From contig JBMORA010000064.1 of assembly GCA_049320885.1 (NCBI GenBank), positions 1 to 64,000 on the forward strand: a stretch of DNA of 64,000 nucleotides. Reading direction: 5' to 3'. Of the stretch, positions 17,021 through 28,492 are shown in pieces. The notes beneath the pieces were generated by a model, which ran no database searches, was not told the origin of the DNA, and saw nothing but the letters and a program-made list of their open reading frames with translations. Numbering within the stretch: position 1 is the stretch's first letter; every line of letters begins with the position of its first letter. Source of the stretch: Thermodesulfobacteriota bacterium. GTDB taxonomy: Bacteria; Desulfobacterota; Desulfobacteria; Desulfobacterales; SURF-7. Both the position numbers and the translations under genes were made by a program.

Positions 17021-18874
17021 TCAGCAAATCGAATGTTCGATTTCCTCCAAAAAACGACTTTTTTCGGTCGGTTCTCCCTTCCGGTATTGCGAGCGACTCA
17101 GAAAAAGATACTGCTCGGCACGTGTGATCGCCACATACATCAGCCGTCTTTCTTCCTGTAAATCGGCGTCATTGGTTTTCGACCTCCAGTGGGGAAACAG
17201 GTCCTCTTCACATCCGGATACGAAAACAGAAAAAAATTCAAGCCCTTTACTTGCATGAATGGTTGCCAGATTGACCCCGCCCCCGGGTTGGGTATCCTCT
17301 TCTTCCCGATCCTCGCGGATCAGGGCCGCTTCTTCGAGGTAATCCGCAATGGTCTCTTTCTGAGAAGCGGTATAAATCAATTCTTCGATATTTTCCACCC
17401 TCATCGCATAATCCGAGTCGGTTTTGCAATATTGTTGCAGATAATCCATATAGCCGCTTTTCGCCAAAATGGTTTCAATGGCGGTGCGTGGCGGCAGGGT
17501 GCGGATTTCGTCCAGTATGTCGAACAGGCCGGAAAGAGATCGGTGGGTATTGCCGGAGAGGATTTTCCCGGTCAATACAGCCCGCGCGGCATCTTGAAGG
17601 CCGGAATCGCCGCTGCGGGTGGCGACGATTTTAGCGATCAAGGCGGGACCGAGACCGCGCTTGGGGATATTGATGATGCGTTCAAATGCCACGTCGTCTT
17701 TTGGAAAAACCGAGGCGGTCAAGTAACAGTTGAGGTCCAAAATTTCCTTTCGTTCAAAAAAACCCTTGGAACCCATCATGCGGTATGGAATACCCATGCG
17801 GCGAAAGGCTTTTTCAAAGGCCAGGGAACAGAATTTTGTTCGGAACAGAACCGCCGATTTTTCAAAGGGGATCCCCATTTTCTGAAATACCATGAGCTTC
17901 CGTCCCACCCAGTCCGCCTCCGCATCTTCATTGAAAAATTCGTGCGTTTCCACGACACCGCCCTGCTTCCGGGAAAAACAGTCTTTCCGCATGCGGGCGG
18001 CATTGTGCCCGATGAGGTCATTGGCGATCTGTACGATTTCATCGGATGACCTGAAATTTTCTTCCAGTTTATAAATGCGGGCTCCGGAATAATTCCGTTG
18101 AAACGAAAGGAAATGGTTAACGTTGCTGCCGCGGAAACCGTAGATCGCCTGCCAGTCATCGCCCACGCAGAACAGATTGCCGTCCGCCAGCAGGAGGCGC
18201 GTCAATTCTTCCTGGAGGTTGTTGGAGTCCTGATATTCATCCACCAGAATATACTGAAAGAAACGACGGTATTGTTCCCGCACCTCGGGGTTGTCGCGCA
18301 GGAGATTCCGCACCAGAAAAAGGATGTCGTCAAAATCCACCGCATTCCGTTCCCGCAGCGCTTTCTCGTAGCGGGTGTAAATATCCGTAAGGCGGATATG
18401 GGCGGGATGGGCGGCCTGATCGATGTATCGGCCCGGATCTCCCGAGTTTTTCGCGTTGGAAATGTGTCCCTGAATCGTTCGGACGATTTTTTTGTCATAA
18501 TTAAGGGCCACCAGGATTTCCGTCAGCGCCTTCTGCTGCGCGTAATCGGCATATATCTGCAAGGGGCGTTTGTATCCCAATATGTGGCAGTGGTCTTTCA
18601 GGATCTGGAAGCAGGCGCTGTGGTAGGTCCGAACCCAGGGAAAACGGGAAGGGGGGATCCCGGTTATGTGAACGAGTCTTGTTTTCATCTCACCGGCAGC
18701 TTTATTCGTGAAGGTGATGGCGAGAATCCGGCTCGGATCGAAACCACTTGCGACCAGATGGGCGATTTTCGCTGTCAGGGTTCTGGTTTTTCCGGAGCCG
18801 GCGCCGGCGATCACCAGGGCCGGCGAACCGTTGTGCTCAACGGCGGCCTGCTGCTGTTTGGTCAATTGAATCAT
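17021..18874 (-). CDS. uvrD: UvrD/PcrA/Rep superfamily 1 DNA helicase
   Basis: AGAGSGKT, TFTNKAA, LVDEYQD, VGDDWQAIYGFRG, TIHASKGLEF, EERRLMYVAITRA. Confidence 0.93.
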   Translation of the reverse strand: MIQLTKQQQAAVEHNGSPALVIAGAGSGKTRTLTAKIAHLVASGFDPSRILAITFTNKAAGEMKTRLVHITGIPPSRFPWVRTYHSACFQILKDHCHILGYKRPLQIYADYAQQKALTEILVALNYDKKIVRTIQGHISNAKNSGDPGRYIDQAAHPAHIRLTDIYTRYEKALRERNAVDFDDILFLVRNLLRDNPEVREQYRRFFQYILVDEYQDSNNLQEELTRLLLADGNLFCVGDDWQAIYGFRGSNVNHFLSFQRNYSGARIYKLEENFRSSDEIVQIANDLIGHNAARMRKDCFSRKQGGVVETHEFFNEDAEADWVGRKLMVFQKMGIPFEKSAVLFRTKFCSLAFEKAFRRMGIPYRMMGSKGFFERKEILDLNCYLTASVFPKDDVAFERIINIPKRGLGPALIAKIVATRSGDSGLQDAARAVLTGKILSGNTHRSLSGLFDILDEIRTLPPRTAIETILAKSGYMDYLQQYCKTDSDYAMRVENIEELIYTASQKETIADYLEEAALIREDREEEDTQPGGGVNLATIHASKGLEFFSVFVSGCEEDLFPHWRSKTNDADLQEERRLMYVAITRAEQYLFLSRSQYRKGEPTEKSRFLEEIEHSIC

Positions 18875-19036
18875 ATAGTTTACTCCATTTATTCCACGCT
18901 TTGCACCATAAGCCATAAGCGTATCCAAAGGTCAAGACAAAATACCGGAACGGACTTTGGGGGAATCTTCCTGAAAATATGGTAATTATAAATGGCTGTC
19001 TGGAAGACCGTCGGCCGGTGGGTGAAAAACGGAAGG

Positions 19037-20023
19037 TTATTTGGCGAATTTTGGCGTCCTGTCCAATCTCGCGAGTTTTATTCCCGGATCGGAGACCATG
19101 TCCAGCAGGTAATTTTCCGGATTGACCTGAACGCCATTCAGTCGCACTTCGTAATGCAGATGAGGCCCCGTGCTTCGGCCGGTGTTGCCGACATGGGCGA
19201 TGATGTCGCCGCGCCGGAGCCTGTCGCCAACTTTTTTCAGCAGCCGCCCGCAGTGGGCGTAACGGGTGGAAACACCGTGGCCGTGATCGATCACCACGAT
19301 TTTTCCCAAAAAGGATTTTTTCCCCACAAAACTCACAATCCCATCGGCTGCCGCTGCGATGGGTTCTCCCATGGAGGCCGCGATATCCAGCCCTTTATGC
19401 ATTTCGCGACGGCCGGTGAAGGGAGAACGCCTGTATCCGAACCGGGAAGTGATTCTGCCCCGGGCAGGCAAAATGGAGGGGGTCGAGGCGAGCGTATTCT
19501 GTTTTTCCCGGAGCTGTTTCAAAATGGTTTCAAATTCCGAATGCTGATATTCCGCTGCCCGACCCAGGCTCGCCACCTGGACATGCAGTTCCCGGATCAT
19601 GCTTCCCGGGTGTTCTGCTGCTTTATCCAATGGCTCCCCCTCTTCCGGCGTGGAGCCGCCGATGCCGAAAAAGCTTTTATTCTCATTTGGTTGGGTAATA
19701 TTGGCGATGATCCGGATGGATTTCTCAAAATCATTCAGGCGGACCAGTTTCGATTTCAGCGTGTGAAGCTCGCCGGCAAAAGAGTGAATCTGGCGCTGCT
19801 GCCGTGCTATTTCCTCCCGCTGGAGGGCTGCCTGTTGCAACAGCGACGAGTTGTCGACGGCGGCCTGTTTCAGGTGGTAATAATCGTAAGCTGCCCCCAG
19901 GATGACCATGAAACTTGCGCCCATGATCAGACCGACCAAACGGACAAACGATCTGGAGAAGGAAACCTGATGAATTCTGGAACCGCGGTTCTGCAGGATG
20001 ACAAGGGTGAAGATGCTTTCCAT
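19037..20023 (-). CDS. M23 family peptidoglycan endopeptidase
   Basis: N-terminal TM plus coiled coil; HKGLD, YAH, GNTGRSTGPHLHYEV. Confidence 0.93.
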   Translation of the reverse strand: MESIFTLVILQNRGSRIHQVSFSRSFVRLVGLIMGASFMVILGAAYDYYHLKQAAVDNSSLLQQAALQREEIARQQRQIHSFAGELHTLKSKLVRLNDFEKSIRIIANITQPNENKSFFGIGGSTPEEGEPLDKAAEHPGSMIRELHVQVASLGRAAEYQHSEFETILKQLREKQNTLASTPSILPARGRITSRFGYRRSPFTGRREMHKGLDIAASMGEPIAAAADGIVSFVGKKSFLGKIVVIDHGHGVSTRYAHCGRLLKKVGDRLRRGDIIAHVGNTGRSTGPHLHYEVRLNGVQVNPENYLLDMVSDPGIKLARLDRTPKFAK

Positions 20024-20348
20024 GTCTCACCGTCTTTCCGTTTGGGTACAAATCCAAGAGATGCTGGTGCGGAAACAGCCAGATCAAACGCCGGCCAATG
20101 AAGTTCATGACAATCAAAATCCGGAAAACCTGTCAACCCCATTTGCGGTTTTTTTGCCCCGATTTTTTTCAGAATCAATATTTTTCATTATATTTCAATA
20201 TATTTCAAATCATCAGATCGGCGGCATTTTTTGTGAGCCGGTTGACGGCTTCCTGATTCACCCTTATTTTTTGGCAACAGCGCGTATCATTGTGAAAAAG
20301 GCCGTTGCCGGCGAAGCGGGTAGGCGGTCGGAAAGGAGGGGTGCCGGT

Positions 20349-20537
20349 ATGCCGTTTAGCGAGAAAAGAGGCCTGATCGGCAAGGTGTATACCCCACCGG
20401 AAAATTGCCGGTTGCACAAGAAGCATGACTGCAAGGGTTGTTTTTCTTGTCAGCACTGCAGCGAGGATCGCTGCGAACTCTGCCGCCCACAAATGAAAGG
20501 CCCTTTGCCTGCCGAGAGGCCTCCAATAGCCGGATAA
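20349..20537 (+). CDS. 62-aa Cys-rich small protein
   Basis: AAGGAGG RBS; C-x2-C-x2-C-x2-C-x4-C-x2-C cluster. Confidence 0.7.
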   Translation: MPFSEKRGLIGKVYTPPENCRLHKKHDCKGCFSCQHCSEDRCELCRPQMKGPLPAERPPIAG

Positions 20538-20544
20538 TCCCTCC

Positions 20545-21183
20545 TTACAACAGTAAGGCCGAGATAATTTTTTCCTGGTTCAATTCCACCAAAGCGCCGG
20601 AGCCGCTTTTTCCTATACTGCAATTGACGATGAGGCTGCCGTTGCGTTCGATGATCCCAGGGCTTTCATGGATGTGCCCGCACAACAGCAAACGAGGTTT
20701 TCTCGTGTCCACCAGCATTCGGACCAGTCGGCTGCCGGCGTGCCACCTGCCGGCCACCTCGTCCAGCGTGCCGAAAGGCGGTGGATGGGTCACCACGATA
20801 TCCCCGGGGCGGATCAGCGCTTCCAGGGAAGACCGAAGCGGTTTTTCCCGGATGCAGATCCGGGATCGAAACGGAAGCGGTATGGTGCCGGAGATGCCCA
20901 CCAAACGGATTCCATTCCATAAAAATTCCCGCAGATGCAGTGAGTGCAGATGGGCATGCCGTGGAATCAGTTTTTCCATCACCGGGCGGTCTGTATTGCC
21001 CCGGATGACCAGGACGGGCAACCCCAGACCGTCCAGAAACGAAAGCACCGGCCGGGGATAGAAGAAATTGGAGACATCGCCGGCAACGACCAGCGCGTCC
21101 GGACGATATTGTCGGATTGTTTCCCGAATCAAAAGAAGTTTTTCCCCGCGGGAATGAATATCGGCCACTGCAAGGATCCGCAT
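20545..21183 (-). CDS. Calcineurin-like metallophosphoesterase
   Basis: DIH, AGD, GNTD, THPPP, GHIHE motifs. Confidence 0.92.
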   Translation of the reverse strand: MRILAVADIHSRGEKLLLIRETIRQYRPDALVVAGDVSNFFYPRPVLSFLDGLGLPVLVIRGNTDRPVMEKLIPRHAHLHSLHLREFLWNGIRLVGISGTIPLPFRSRICIREKPLRSSLEALIRPGDIVVTHPPPFGTLDEVAGRWHAGSRLVRMLVDTRKPRLLLCGHIHESPGIIERNGSLIVNCSIGKSGSGALVELNQEKIISALLL

Positions 21184-21426
21184 TTTCCCCCTTTTCCCAT
21201 CGGCTGATGCATTCAAGGTCGTTCGCTCTTCTATCGCATTCTTTCTCAGGATTCAAGACGGAAGCGGGGTTTCACCAGGACAAATGGCGCGCCAGGATGC
21301 CGAGCAGGCAAACGCCTTGTGATAACATCATTTATGTGGTATCTGGGAAGAGTTTCCCTCGTGCATCGGTAACCATCGGGCTGCTTTTGCAGGCAGGCTG
21401 GGATTTCTTGAAAGGAAACGGAAGCC

Positions 21427-21906
21427 ATGACGCCAAACGAGAAATTCGTACCCGTAACGCTGACCCTGATAGCCGGAATTGTTCTTCAGATACTATTCGT
21501 CATCCCGGACAAAAAAGATACGCCCGGCAGAGTCGCGGCGGAATTCGCCCGGGCGTATGCCCGAATGGACGCTGAAAGGATGACCGCCCTTTTTTGCAGC
21601 AGCGATGAGTCCATGGCGGATTCGGACGCCATTGGCGAATATGTGTACCGGAAAACGATGGATGCCCGGGAAAGAGGGTATGGCCTTTGTTACCTGAAGG
21701 ACAGGTTGTATGACATCCGGACCTATCGGGTCGGCGGGGACGAAAAAACGGCTGACATCCGGTTGACGGCCGCGGTAAAACCACCGCTGAAAGCGTTTTT
21801 TACCGGGGAGGAATGTCGCCGGCTGGATGAGATTATCACGGTGGTGAAAGAAAAAGGCCGCTGGAGAGTGTGCGGCCATCCTTTTTCACTGGGTCTTGGT
21901 CAATAA
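21427..21906 (+). CDS. Membrane-anchored hypothetical protein (NTF2-like fold possible)
   Basis: N-terminal TM; VVKEKGRWRVC C-terminal strand pattern. Confidence 0.7.
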   Translation: MTPNEKFVPVTLTLIAGIVLQILFVIPDKKDTPGRVAAEFARAYARMDAERMTALFCSSDESMADSDAIGEYVYRKTMDARERGYGLCYLKDRLYDIRTYRVGGDEKTADIRLTAAVKPPLKAFFTGEECRRLDEIITVVKEKGRWRVCGHPFSLGLGQ

Positions 21907-21973
21907 CGACCGGCAACAAAGAGTTGGGATTCGCATCTGCATGGCGCGATACCGTTGAGAGAAAGGAAAGGGC

Positions 21974-22156
21974 ATGTCTTCCCTGGATGAACAGATACTC
22001 CGTACAGCAAAGGAAGTGACCGTTAAATTCATTGAAGTGGGCAGGATTTCCCCTGCGGCTTTCGATGAATCATTCCGCGCCATTTATCGGACAGTGGCCG
22101 AGGCGGTACGCAACGGGCAACCGGAGAAGGAAAAGGACCCGGCGGCAGTCGAATGA
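21974..22156 (+). CDS. 60-aa hypothetical protein
   Basis: Purine-rich RBS; AKEVTVKFIEVGRISP pattern that I recognise from small deltaproteobacterial proteins. Confidence 0.75.
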   Translation: MSSLDEQILRTAKEVTVKFIEVGRISPAAFDESFRAIYRTVAEAVRNGQPEKEKDPAAVE

Positions 22157-22230
22157 CGGCGAAGGTATCCCGCCGCCTTAGCGTGGAAGGAACAACGCGG
22201 TTCGAAGCCCGGTTCCCGTTGAGGAGGCGG

Positions 22231-24909
22231 TCAATGCGATTCCGCCCAGTTGTCACCACAGGCAATATTCACCTTGAGGGGCACCCTCAGGAGCCAAACC
22301 CCTTCCATCACGTTTGTAATGCTTTTTCGGACGGCATCGAGTTCCTCCGCCGGCACCTCGAACACCAGTTCGTCATGCACCGAGAGCAGCATCGCGGCCT
22401 GAAACCCTTGTTTTTCGAATTCCGCATCAATCTGAATCATGGCCAGTTTGATCAAATCGGCGGCGGTGCCCTGGATGGGAGTGTTGACGGCGATTCTTTC
22501 AGCGAACTGGCGAAGATTCTGGTTGGTGCTGTTGATATCGGGCAGAAGCCGGATCCGATCCAGTAATGTCGTGGTGCGACCGCTTTCCCGGGTTGCCGCG
22601 ATGGTGCGGTCGATGAACTGCTTGACGCCTTTGTAGCGCGAAAAATAATGATCGATATAGGTTTTCGCCATTTTTTGGCTGATGCCGAGGGCCCTGGAAA
22701 GGCCGAAAGGACTCATGCCGTATATGATTCCGAAATTGATCGCCTTCGCCTGTCTGCGGATTTCGGGGGTGATGAAGGCCGGCAGCATCTCGAACACTTC
22801 GCTGGCCGTCCGCGTATGGATGTCTTCGTCGTTCTGGAAGGATTCGATCAGAATCGGATCTTCCGAATAATGGGCCAGGATCCGCAGTTCGATCTGGGAA
22901 TAATCCGCAGACAAAAGTTTCCATTTTTCATGGGGAATGAAGGCCCGCCTGATTTCCCGGCCTTCCTCGTCGCGCACCGGAATGTTCTGCAGATTCGGTT
23001 CCGAGCTGCTCAACCTCCCGGTGGCGGTGACGGTCTGGTTGAAGGACGTGTGAATCCGGTCCGTTTCCGGGTTGACCAGCTCCAGCAGGGCGTCGGTATA
23101 GGTGGATTTGAGTTTCGCCAGGGTGCGATGCTTCAATATCAAGGCCGGCAATGCATGCTTTTCCGCAAGAAAGGTAAGGACTTCCACATCCGTTGAATAG
23201 CCCGTTTTTTTCTTTGTTTTCTTTTGAACCGGCAGACCGAGCTTGTCAAAAAGAATCGTCCCAAGTTGTTGAGAGGATTTGATATTGAAGTTTTCTCCGG
23301 CTACCCGGTAGATGTCCTCTTCGATCAACTCAAGACGTCCGGCGAATGATTTGGATAGTTCGCGCAATTTTTCCTTGTCCACCCGGATGCCTCGCAGTTC
23401 CATTTTCATCAGTACCCGCATGAGGGGCATTTCCACTGTTTCAAACAAGGGCTTCAGATGGAACCGTTCCAGCATGGGGCCCAAGACGTGAAAGGCCTTG
23501 AGGGTCATATCGGCGTCCTCGCAGGCGTACACGGAGGCCTTGTCAAGGGGAACGTCGGCAAAACATAGGGCGGTCTTACCCTTTCCGGCCACTTCTTCGT
23601 AGGCAATCATTTTATGCCCGAGAAAATCAAGGGCGATCTGATCCAGACTGTGGGCGCGCTTGGACGGATCAATCAGATAGGATGCGAGCATGGTGTCGAA
23701 GGCCACGCCTTCCAGATCAATGCCGTGCTGATGCAGTACGATCCAGTCGTATTTGATATTCTGGCCGATTTTCCGGATGTCCGGGTTGGCCAGCACCGGT
23801 TGCAATGATTGCAGAACATCGTTGATGGATAGTTGGGCGCCCCCACTCGCGGCGGTATGACCCAGGGGTATGTAAAAGGCCTCATCCGGCCGGTATGCAA
23901 TCGAAATCCCGACGAGTTTGGCCTGCATGGGATCAAGGGAGGTGGTTTCCGTATCCAGGGCGAAACAGCCGGCCGTTTCCAGTTGCTGGACCAGTTCTCC
24001 CAGGGAGGCGCTGTCGGTGATCATCCGGTATTGGTTTCGGGACAAATCCGGATGCATCGCCACCTCGTGCTGCAGCTGCCGGAATTCCAACTCCTGATAA
24101 ATCGCCGTCAGGGCAGCGTTGTCCATGGATGTCACCCGATACGATTCGGCTTCGAAGTCCAGCGGCGCCATGGTATTGATGGTGGCCAGATCTCGGCTGA
24201 GCAGGGCCTGCTCCTTAAATTCCATCAGTTTGTCCCGCTGCTTTGGTTGGGCCACCTGGTGAATCTGCTCGTACAACGAAGGGATGCTGCCGAATTGCCG
24301 GATCAGGGCGTTGGCTGTTTTCGGACCGATGCCGGGAACGCCTGGTATATTGTCCGAAGAGTCTCCGGAGAGGCCCATGATATCCACCATCTGAGACGGT
24401 AAAACGCCAAAGGCTTGCTGGATGGCGTTGGCATCGGTGAGGCGATCTTTCATGGGGTCCCAGATGACGGCGTTGTCTGTTACCAATTGCATGAAATCCT
24501 TGTCACCGGTCACCATGACAACACGAAACCCCTGCTCCTGCGCTATGCGGGAAACCGCGCCAATGAGATCATCCGCTTCGAATCCCGCCATTTCAATCAT
24601 TTTGAGATTGAAACCATTGACGATTCTCTTGATGAAGGGTATTTGGACGGCGAGATCGTCCGGCATGGGTGGACGATTGGCCTTGTAATCGGGATAGAGG
24701 GCATGGCGGAAGGTCGGTCCCTTGGCGTCGAAAAAAATTCCCGCGAATTCAGGGCGTTTATCCGCCATCAGTTTCAGCAACATCTTGGTGAAACCGAATG
24801 CCGCATTGGTGGGCGTGCCCTTGGAATTGGACAAATTGCGGATGGCATGATAGGCGCGGTAAATATAGGCGCTTCCGTCGACAAGGTAAATGGTTTTCCG
24901 AACAGTCAT
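22231..24909 (-). CDS. polA: DNA polymerase I
   Basis: 5'-3' exonuclease (DGS, EADD, GDKD), 3'-5' exonuclease (DTET), polymerase motifs DYSQIELR, KAINFGIIYG, VHDE. Confidence 0.98.
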   Translation of the reverse strand: MTVRKTIYLVDGSAYIYRAYHAIRNLSNSKGTPTNAAFGFTKMLLKLMADKRPEFAGIFFDAKGPTFRHALYPDYKANRPPMPDDLAVQIPFIKRIVNGFNLKMIEMAGFEADDLIGAVSRIAQEQGFRVVMVTGDKDFMQLVTDNAVIWDPMKDRLTDANAIQQAFGVLPSQMVDIMGLSGDSSDNIPGVPGIGPKTANALIRQFGSIPSLYEQIHQVAQPKQRDKLMEFKEQALLSRDLATINTMAPLDFEAESYRVTSMDNAALTAIYQELEFRQLQHEVAMHPDLSRNQYRMITDSASLGELVQQLETAGCFALDTETTSLDPMQAKLVGISIAYRPDEAFYIPLGHTAASGGAQLSINDVLQSLQPVLANPDIRKIGQNIKYDWIVLHQHGIDLEGVAFDTMLASYLIDPSKRAHSLDQIALDFLGHKMIAYEEVAGKGKTALCFADVPLDKASVYACEDADMTLKAFHVLGPMLERFHLKPLFETVEMPLMRVLMKMELRGIRVDKEKLRELSKSFAGRLELIEEDIYRVAGENFNIKSSQQLGTILFDKLGLPVQKKTKKKTGYSTDVEVLTFLAEKHALPALILKHRTLAKLKSTYTDALLELVNPETDRIHTSFNQTVTATGRLSSSEPNLQNIPVRDEEGREIRRAFIPHEKWKLLSADYSQIELRILAHYSEDPILIESFQNDEDIHTRTASEVFEMLPAFITPEIRRQAKAINFGIIYGMSPFGLSRALGISQKMAKTYIDHYFSRYKGVKQFIDRTIAATRESGRTTTLLDRIRLLPDINSTNQNLRQFAERIAVNTPIQGTAADLIKLAMIQIDAEFEKQGFQAAMLLSVHDELVFEVPAEELDAVRKSITNVMEGVWLLRVPLKVNIACGDNWAESH

Positions 24910-25055
24910 GTTGCATTTCCGATAGCATATTGACGGCCGATGAGATCGGCCTTACTATAGTACGCCCGCCATTTGGGGACGCAGTGGAGAAAATCAGGCG
25001 ATGGTAGTAAATTTCATTCGTAATTTCAAAAATACAGGTTGTGACGGACCATAGC

Positions 25056-25322
25056 ATGAATGGGGGTAAACAACAAGCGGAGGCGGCCGGGAACAGTGGG
25101 AAGGGCCTTCCCGAAAGCCCGGTAACCGGAAAACGGCGTCGTCGGAGAAGGCAGGAGCCTTGCCATTGTTGTGGAAAAACAATGCCGTTCTGCTGGCAGT
25201 GCCGATGCGGTTTCGGCATCTGCCAGGCCTGCATGGATGAAAACGTCTGGGGCATGTCCTGCAACGGTATCACCTGGCAATGCCCGGACTGCGGCGCCCA
25301 GAACGGCTTCGGCAACCAGTGA
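25056..25322 (+). CDS. Small Cys-rich putative zinc-finger protein
   Basis: RRRRRR then CHCC...CWQCRC...CQAC...C...CPDC; start could be GTG at 25041. Confidence 0.75.
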   Translation: MNGGKQQAEAAGNSGKGLPESPVTGKRRRRRRQEPCHCCGKTMPFCWQCRCGFGICQACMDENVWGMSCNGITWQCPDCGAQNGFGNQ

Positions 25323-25345
25323 GAGGCCGGATTTATTCACTTCCC

Positions 25346-28300
25346 ATGAATATGTCTCCCCGAAAAATCGGTGCATCGGTGCTTGCGCTGATCATCCTGG
25401 TGCTGACCGGCGTGGTTTTGTATGCCGGCCTGATATGGCTGGATCAGGACCGCCTGCGGGTTCTGATTGAGGAAGAAGTACGCAGCACCATCGGCCGGTC
25501 CGTAGCCATTGGGAAAGTGGATATCAGCTTCCGGGAAGGACTGGCGGTTGACTTGAATTCCATCCGGATGGGCGCAACGGACAGGCTGTTCCTGGCGGTC
25601 GGGAATATCAAGGCGCGGCTTTCGCTGTTGAATCTGATTCTGGGGGACCGGGGCATACGGGAGCTACATTTGTTCCGCCCCCAGTTGTCCATGCGGTTGG
25701 AAGAAGGCGCCCATGCGGTATCCGCTGCTGTCGCCGATTTGCCCGTTATCGAAGTGGAAGACGGCTCGGTAACTGTTATATCAAAGGATGGTGAATGGAC
25801 CTTTTCCCGGGTAAACGGTCGCTTTGATGGGCAGGACCTTATTCTGGCCGCCGACTATCAGGGAGCGAATGCACAATGTTTTGCAAAAAAAGTCAGCGGC
25901 GGATGGAGGGGTGAAGTCAACCTCAGCCGTCTTGACATGAGTGCTCTGGGTCATCGGATTGATGGGACAGCGGATCTGGATATCCTGATTCATACGGATG
26001 GTGCCCTCACCAGCGTTTCAACGAATATCAGGGCCCGGGAGGTCTCTTTTCCGGGGGGCGGCGAACCCATCGATGAACTCGATTGCCGTCTGTCGGCGGC
26101 GGTCACGGAAAGGAGTACGGACATTTCGGATCTGGCGGTTCAAACCCCTTTCCTGCGGTTGTCCGGCAAGGCTCGCCTAAGCGCTCCTCCCACCAGGGAC
26201 AGGATGAAAGCAGCAGTTCTGGATTTGGCCCTGTCGTCGGACCATTTCGACTACGAAGAACTCGTCCGCCATTTGCCCCTGAAAAGTTTTCCCGATTGGC
26301 TTACCATTCTGCTTACCCGTCAGATCCGCAGCGGAAGCGCGCGGCTTGAATCCGTGACATACACTGGTCCCGTATCGGCGTTGAACAGCCGGGGGGATTT
26401 TTTTCAGCATCTCCATGTCAACGGCGAGCTGGCCGGGATGAGTTTCGGCGCCGGATACAGCGGGGATCGCATTACCGACATCACCGCCGCCGTGACCACG
26501 GAAAACGGGGATCTGATTTTCTCGGGTATATCAGGGACCATTGAAAACGTCCGGCTGAACTCGGTGGATTTGTCTTTTCCAAAACTCATCGAGCCGGAAA
26601 CGCGGGTAGTTGTGAAAGTCGATCTGGACATGCCGGTTGCGTATTTTGTGAAAGCCTGGCGAGCCGGGATGTATCCCGAGGAAGGATTTCATCTGTTGGA
26701 TTCCATGGAGTTGATCGAGAGCGGTCGAATATCGGCGAAAGCCGTCTATCGATATGGCGTGGGAAGCACGTCGCCGCAAATCAAGGGGGATATCCGGCTG
26801 CAGGAGGGGACGTTTATCTGGGGCGATCGATTGTTCCAGAATGTTTCCGGGCATGCAAGCATCCCGGATTTTGGTAAGACAGCCGCCATCCGGCTTACCG
26901 GATCGGTCAACGGCTTTCCGGTAAACCGCCTGGATCTTCAGCTGGACGACCCGCTGGGGGAGCCGCATTATCGGTTTCAGCTGGCGGCGGATCAATTGCC
27001 GCGGATGGATCGATTCCGTTTGGCTCCCAAGAGCCTCCTCCTTGTTGACGGTGTTGGAAAAGGCGGCCATGTTCAGGGGGAAGCGGATATCCGCCTGCCG
27101 GGGATTGAGCTGCTGGATACCCGCTACGGCCCGCTGGAAGGCGAGATCCGGGGGCAGGGCAAGATCCTTGCCCGTTTGTGGCCGGAATTCAGTCTGGACC
27201 TGGTGGAAACTCAATTGCAGATGCCGGAGGGAAGGATCGCACTGGAACATCATCTGCGGGAAAACAGCGGCGATGTCTCCATCCTGGGCAGCCTGGCCTT
27301 ATTTGAAATGCCGGATAACCAACCCAGACCGGCAAGGCCGATGAAAGGCCACATCCAGATGGACCTTGCCTGGGATCAGAGCCGGCCCTTGACCGGTCGT
27401 ATCCGTTTCAGTGATTTCGCCTTCCACTACCATGACGCCGTGACTGTTTTCAACGGTCCTGTGTCGATTCAAGGCGACATCCTTTCCGCAAGCGAACTGG
27501 ATGTGCTGCGCCGCGACACCCGGTATCGGTTGTCCGGTGAATATCAAACCAGTCCGCCGGCTTGTTATACAGGCGAAGTCGCGGTGAGTGGGTTGCGGAT
27601 TCGGCAAGAGGACGGCGATGAGTCCCGGTTGCCCGATGATATCGTTGCTGAAGTCGGTTTGTCGTTTACCGATCTGACGTTGTACGGAATTCCGTTTGAC
27701 ACCGGCAGCGCAAAAGCCCGCCTCGAAAACGGGCGGCTGAAATTATATGGAGCCGAGTTTGGCGGAAAGGAGGCTTCCATAACGGGAGACATGACCATAT
27801 CGAATTCGGATCCGACCCAGCTGGATCTTTCCGTGGATTTCCGGGACGGGGGGGTGAAAAAACTGTTGAGCGCTTTCTACCGGGGAGAAAACCTGATCGA
27901 GGGAAAGTTGAAATTGCAGGGCCGCGTCACGGGCACGATCCAATCATTGAGCGGTCTGCTTTCCTTTCACGCCCGGGAGGGGCAGACCATGAAATCGTCC
28001 CTGGTGACAAAATTGTTCAGCGCATTGAATGTTTACAAAATCATCAAATCACGCCACCTGGATTTGAAAACAGAGCGATTTTCCTACAATACCATCCAGG
28101 TCAATTTTCCCCTGAAAAACGGGGTCGCCGATTTCAACGACTTCTATTTGGACAGTGATTCCATCCAGTTGTCCGCCGTCGGTTCGTATTCCATGAACAC
28201 CAATGCGATTGACGCCCTGGTCGGGGTGCAGCCACTCGAAACGCTGGATCGGGCCGTCAGCGCCATCCCGGTGATCGGATGGGTCCTGACCGGGGACGGT

Positions 28301-28492
28301 GGGAAACTCATCGTGGTGACCTTGCGGGTTTCCGGAACAACCGACAAACCCGAAATCAACCTCGCGCCCGTGGATAGTGTCTCGGGATCGGTATCGGAAA
28401 CGCTTTTACGGGTGCTCAAGTTACCCGGAAAGCTGATCCACAAACCGCGGGAACTGATCACCGGCGAAGAAAAAAAAACCGGACCTTATTGA
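25346..28492 (+). CDS. AsmA-like / YhdP-type periplasm-spanning protein
   Basis: N-terminal TM, long beta-rich body, C-terminal [21 protein letters not shown] (AsmA_2-like). Confidence 0.85.
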   Translation: MNMSPRKIGASVLALIILVLTGVVLYAGLIWLDQDRLRVLIEEEVRSTIGRSVAIGKVDISFREGLAVDLNSIRMGATDRLFLAVGNIKARLSLLNLILGDRGIRELHLFRPQLSMRLEEGAHAVSAAVADLPVIEVEDGSVTVISKDGEWTFSRVNGRFDGQDLILAADYQGANAQCFAKKVSGGWRGEVNLSRLDMSALGHRIDGTADLDILIHTDGALTSVSTNIRAREVSFPGGGEPIDELDCRLSAAVTERSTDISDLAVQTPFLRLSGKARLSAPPTRDRMKAAVLDLALSSDHFDYEELVRHLPLKSFPDWLTILLTRQIRSGSARLESVTYTGPVSALNSRGDFFQHLHVNGELAGMSFGAGYSGDRITDITAAVTTENGDLIFSGISGTIENVRLNSVDLSFPKLIEPETRVVVKVDLDMPVAYFVKAWRAGMYPEEGFHLLDSMELIESGRISAKAVYRYGVGSTSPQIKGDIRLQEGTFIWGDRLFQNVSGHASIPDFGKTAAIRLTGSVNGFPVNRLDLQLDDPLGEPHYRFQLAADQLPRMDRFRLAPKSLLLVDGVGKGGHVQGEADIRLPGIELLDTRYGPLEGEIRGQGKILARLWPEFSLDLVETQLQMPEGRIALEHHLRENSGDVSILGSLALFEMPDNQPRPARPMKGHIQMDLAWDQSRPLTGRIRFSDFAFHYHDAVTVFNGPVSIQGDILSASELDVLRRDTRYRLSGEYQTSPPACYTGEVAVSGLRIRQEDGDESRLPDDIVAEVGLSFTDLTLYGIPFDTGSAKARLENGRLKLYGAEFGGKEASITGDMTISNSDPTQLDLSVDFRDGGVKKLLSAFYRGENLIEGKLKLQGRVTGTIQSLSGLLSFHAREGQTMKSSLVTKLFSALNVYKIIKSRHLDLKTERFSYNTIQVNFPLKNGVADFNDFYLDSDSIQLSAVGSYSMNTNAIDALVGVQPLETLDRAVSAIPVIGWVLTGDGGKLIVVTLRVSGTTDKPEINLAPVDSVSGSVSETLLRVLKLPGKLIHKPRELITGEEKKTGPY

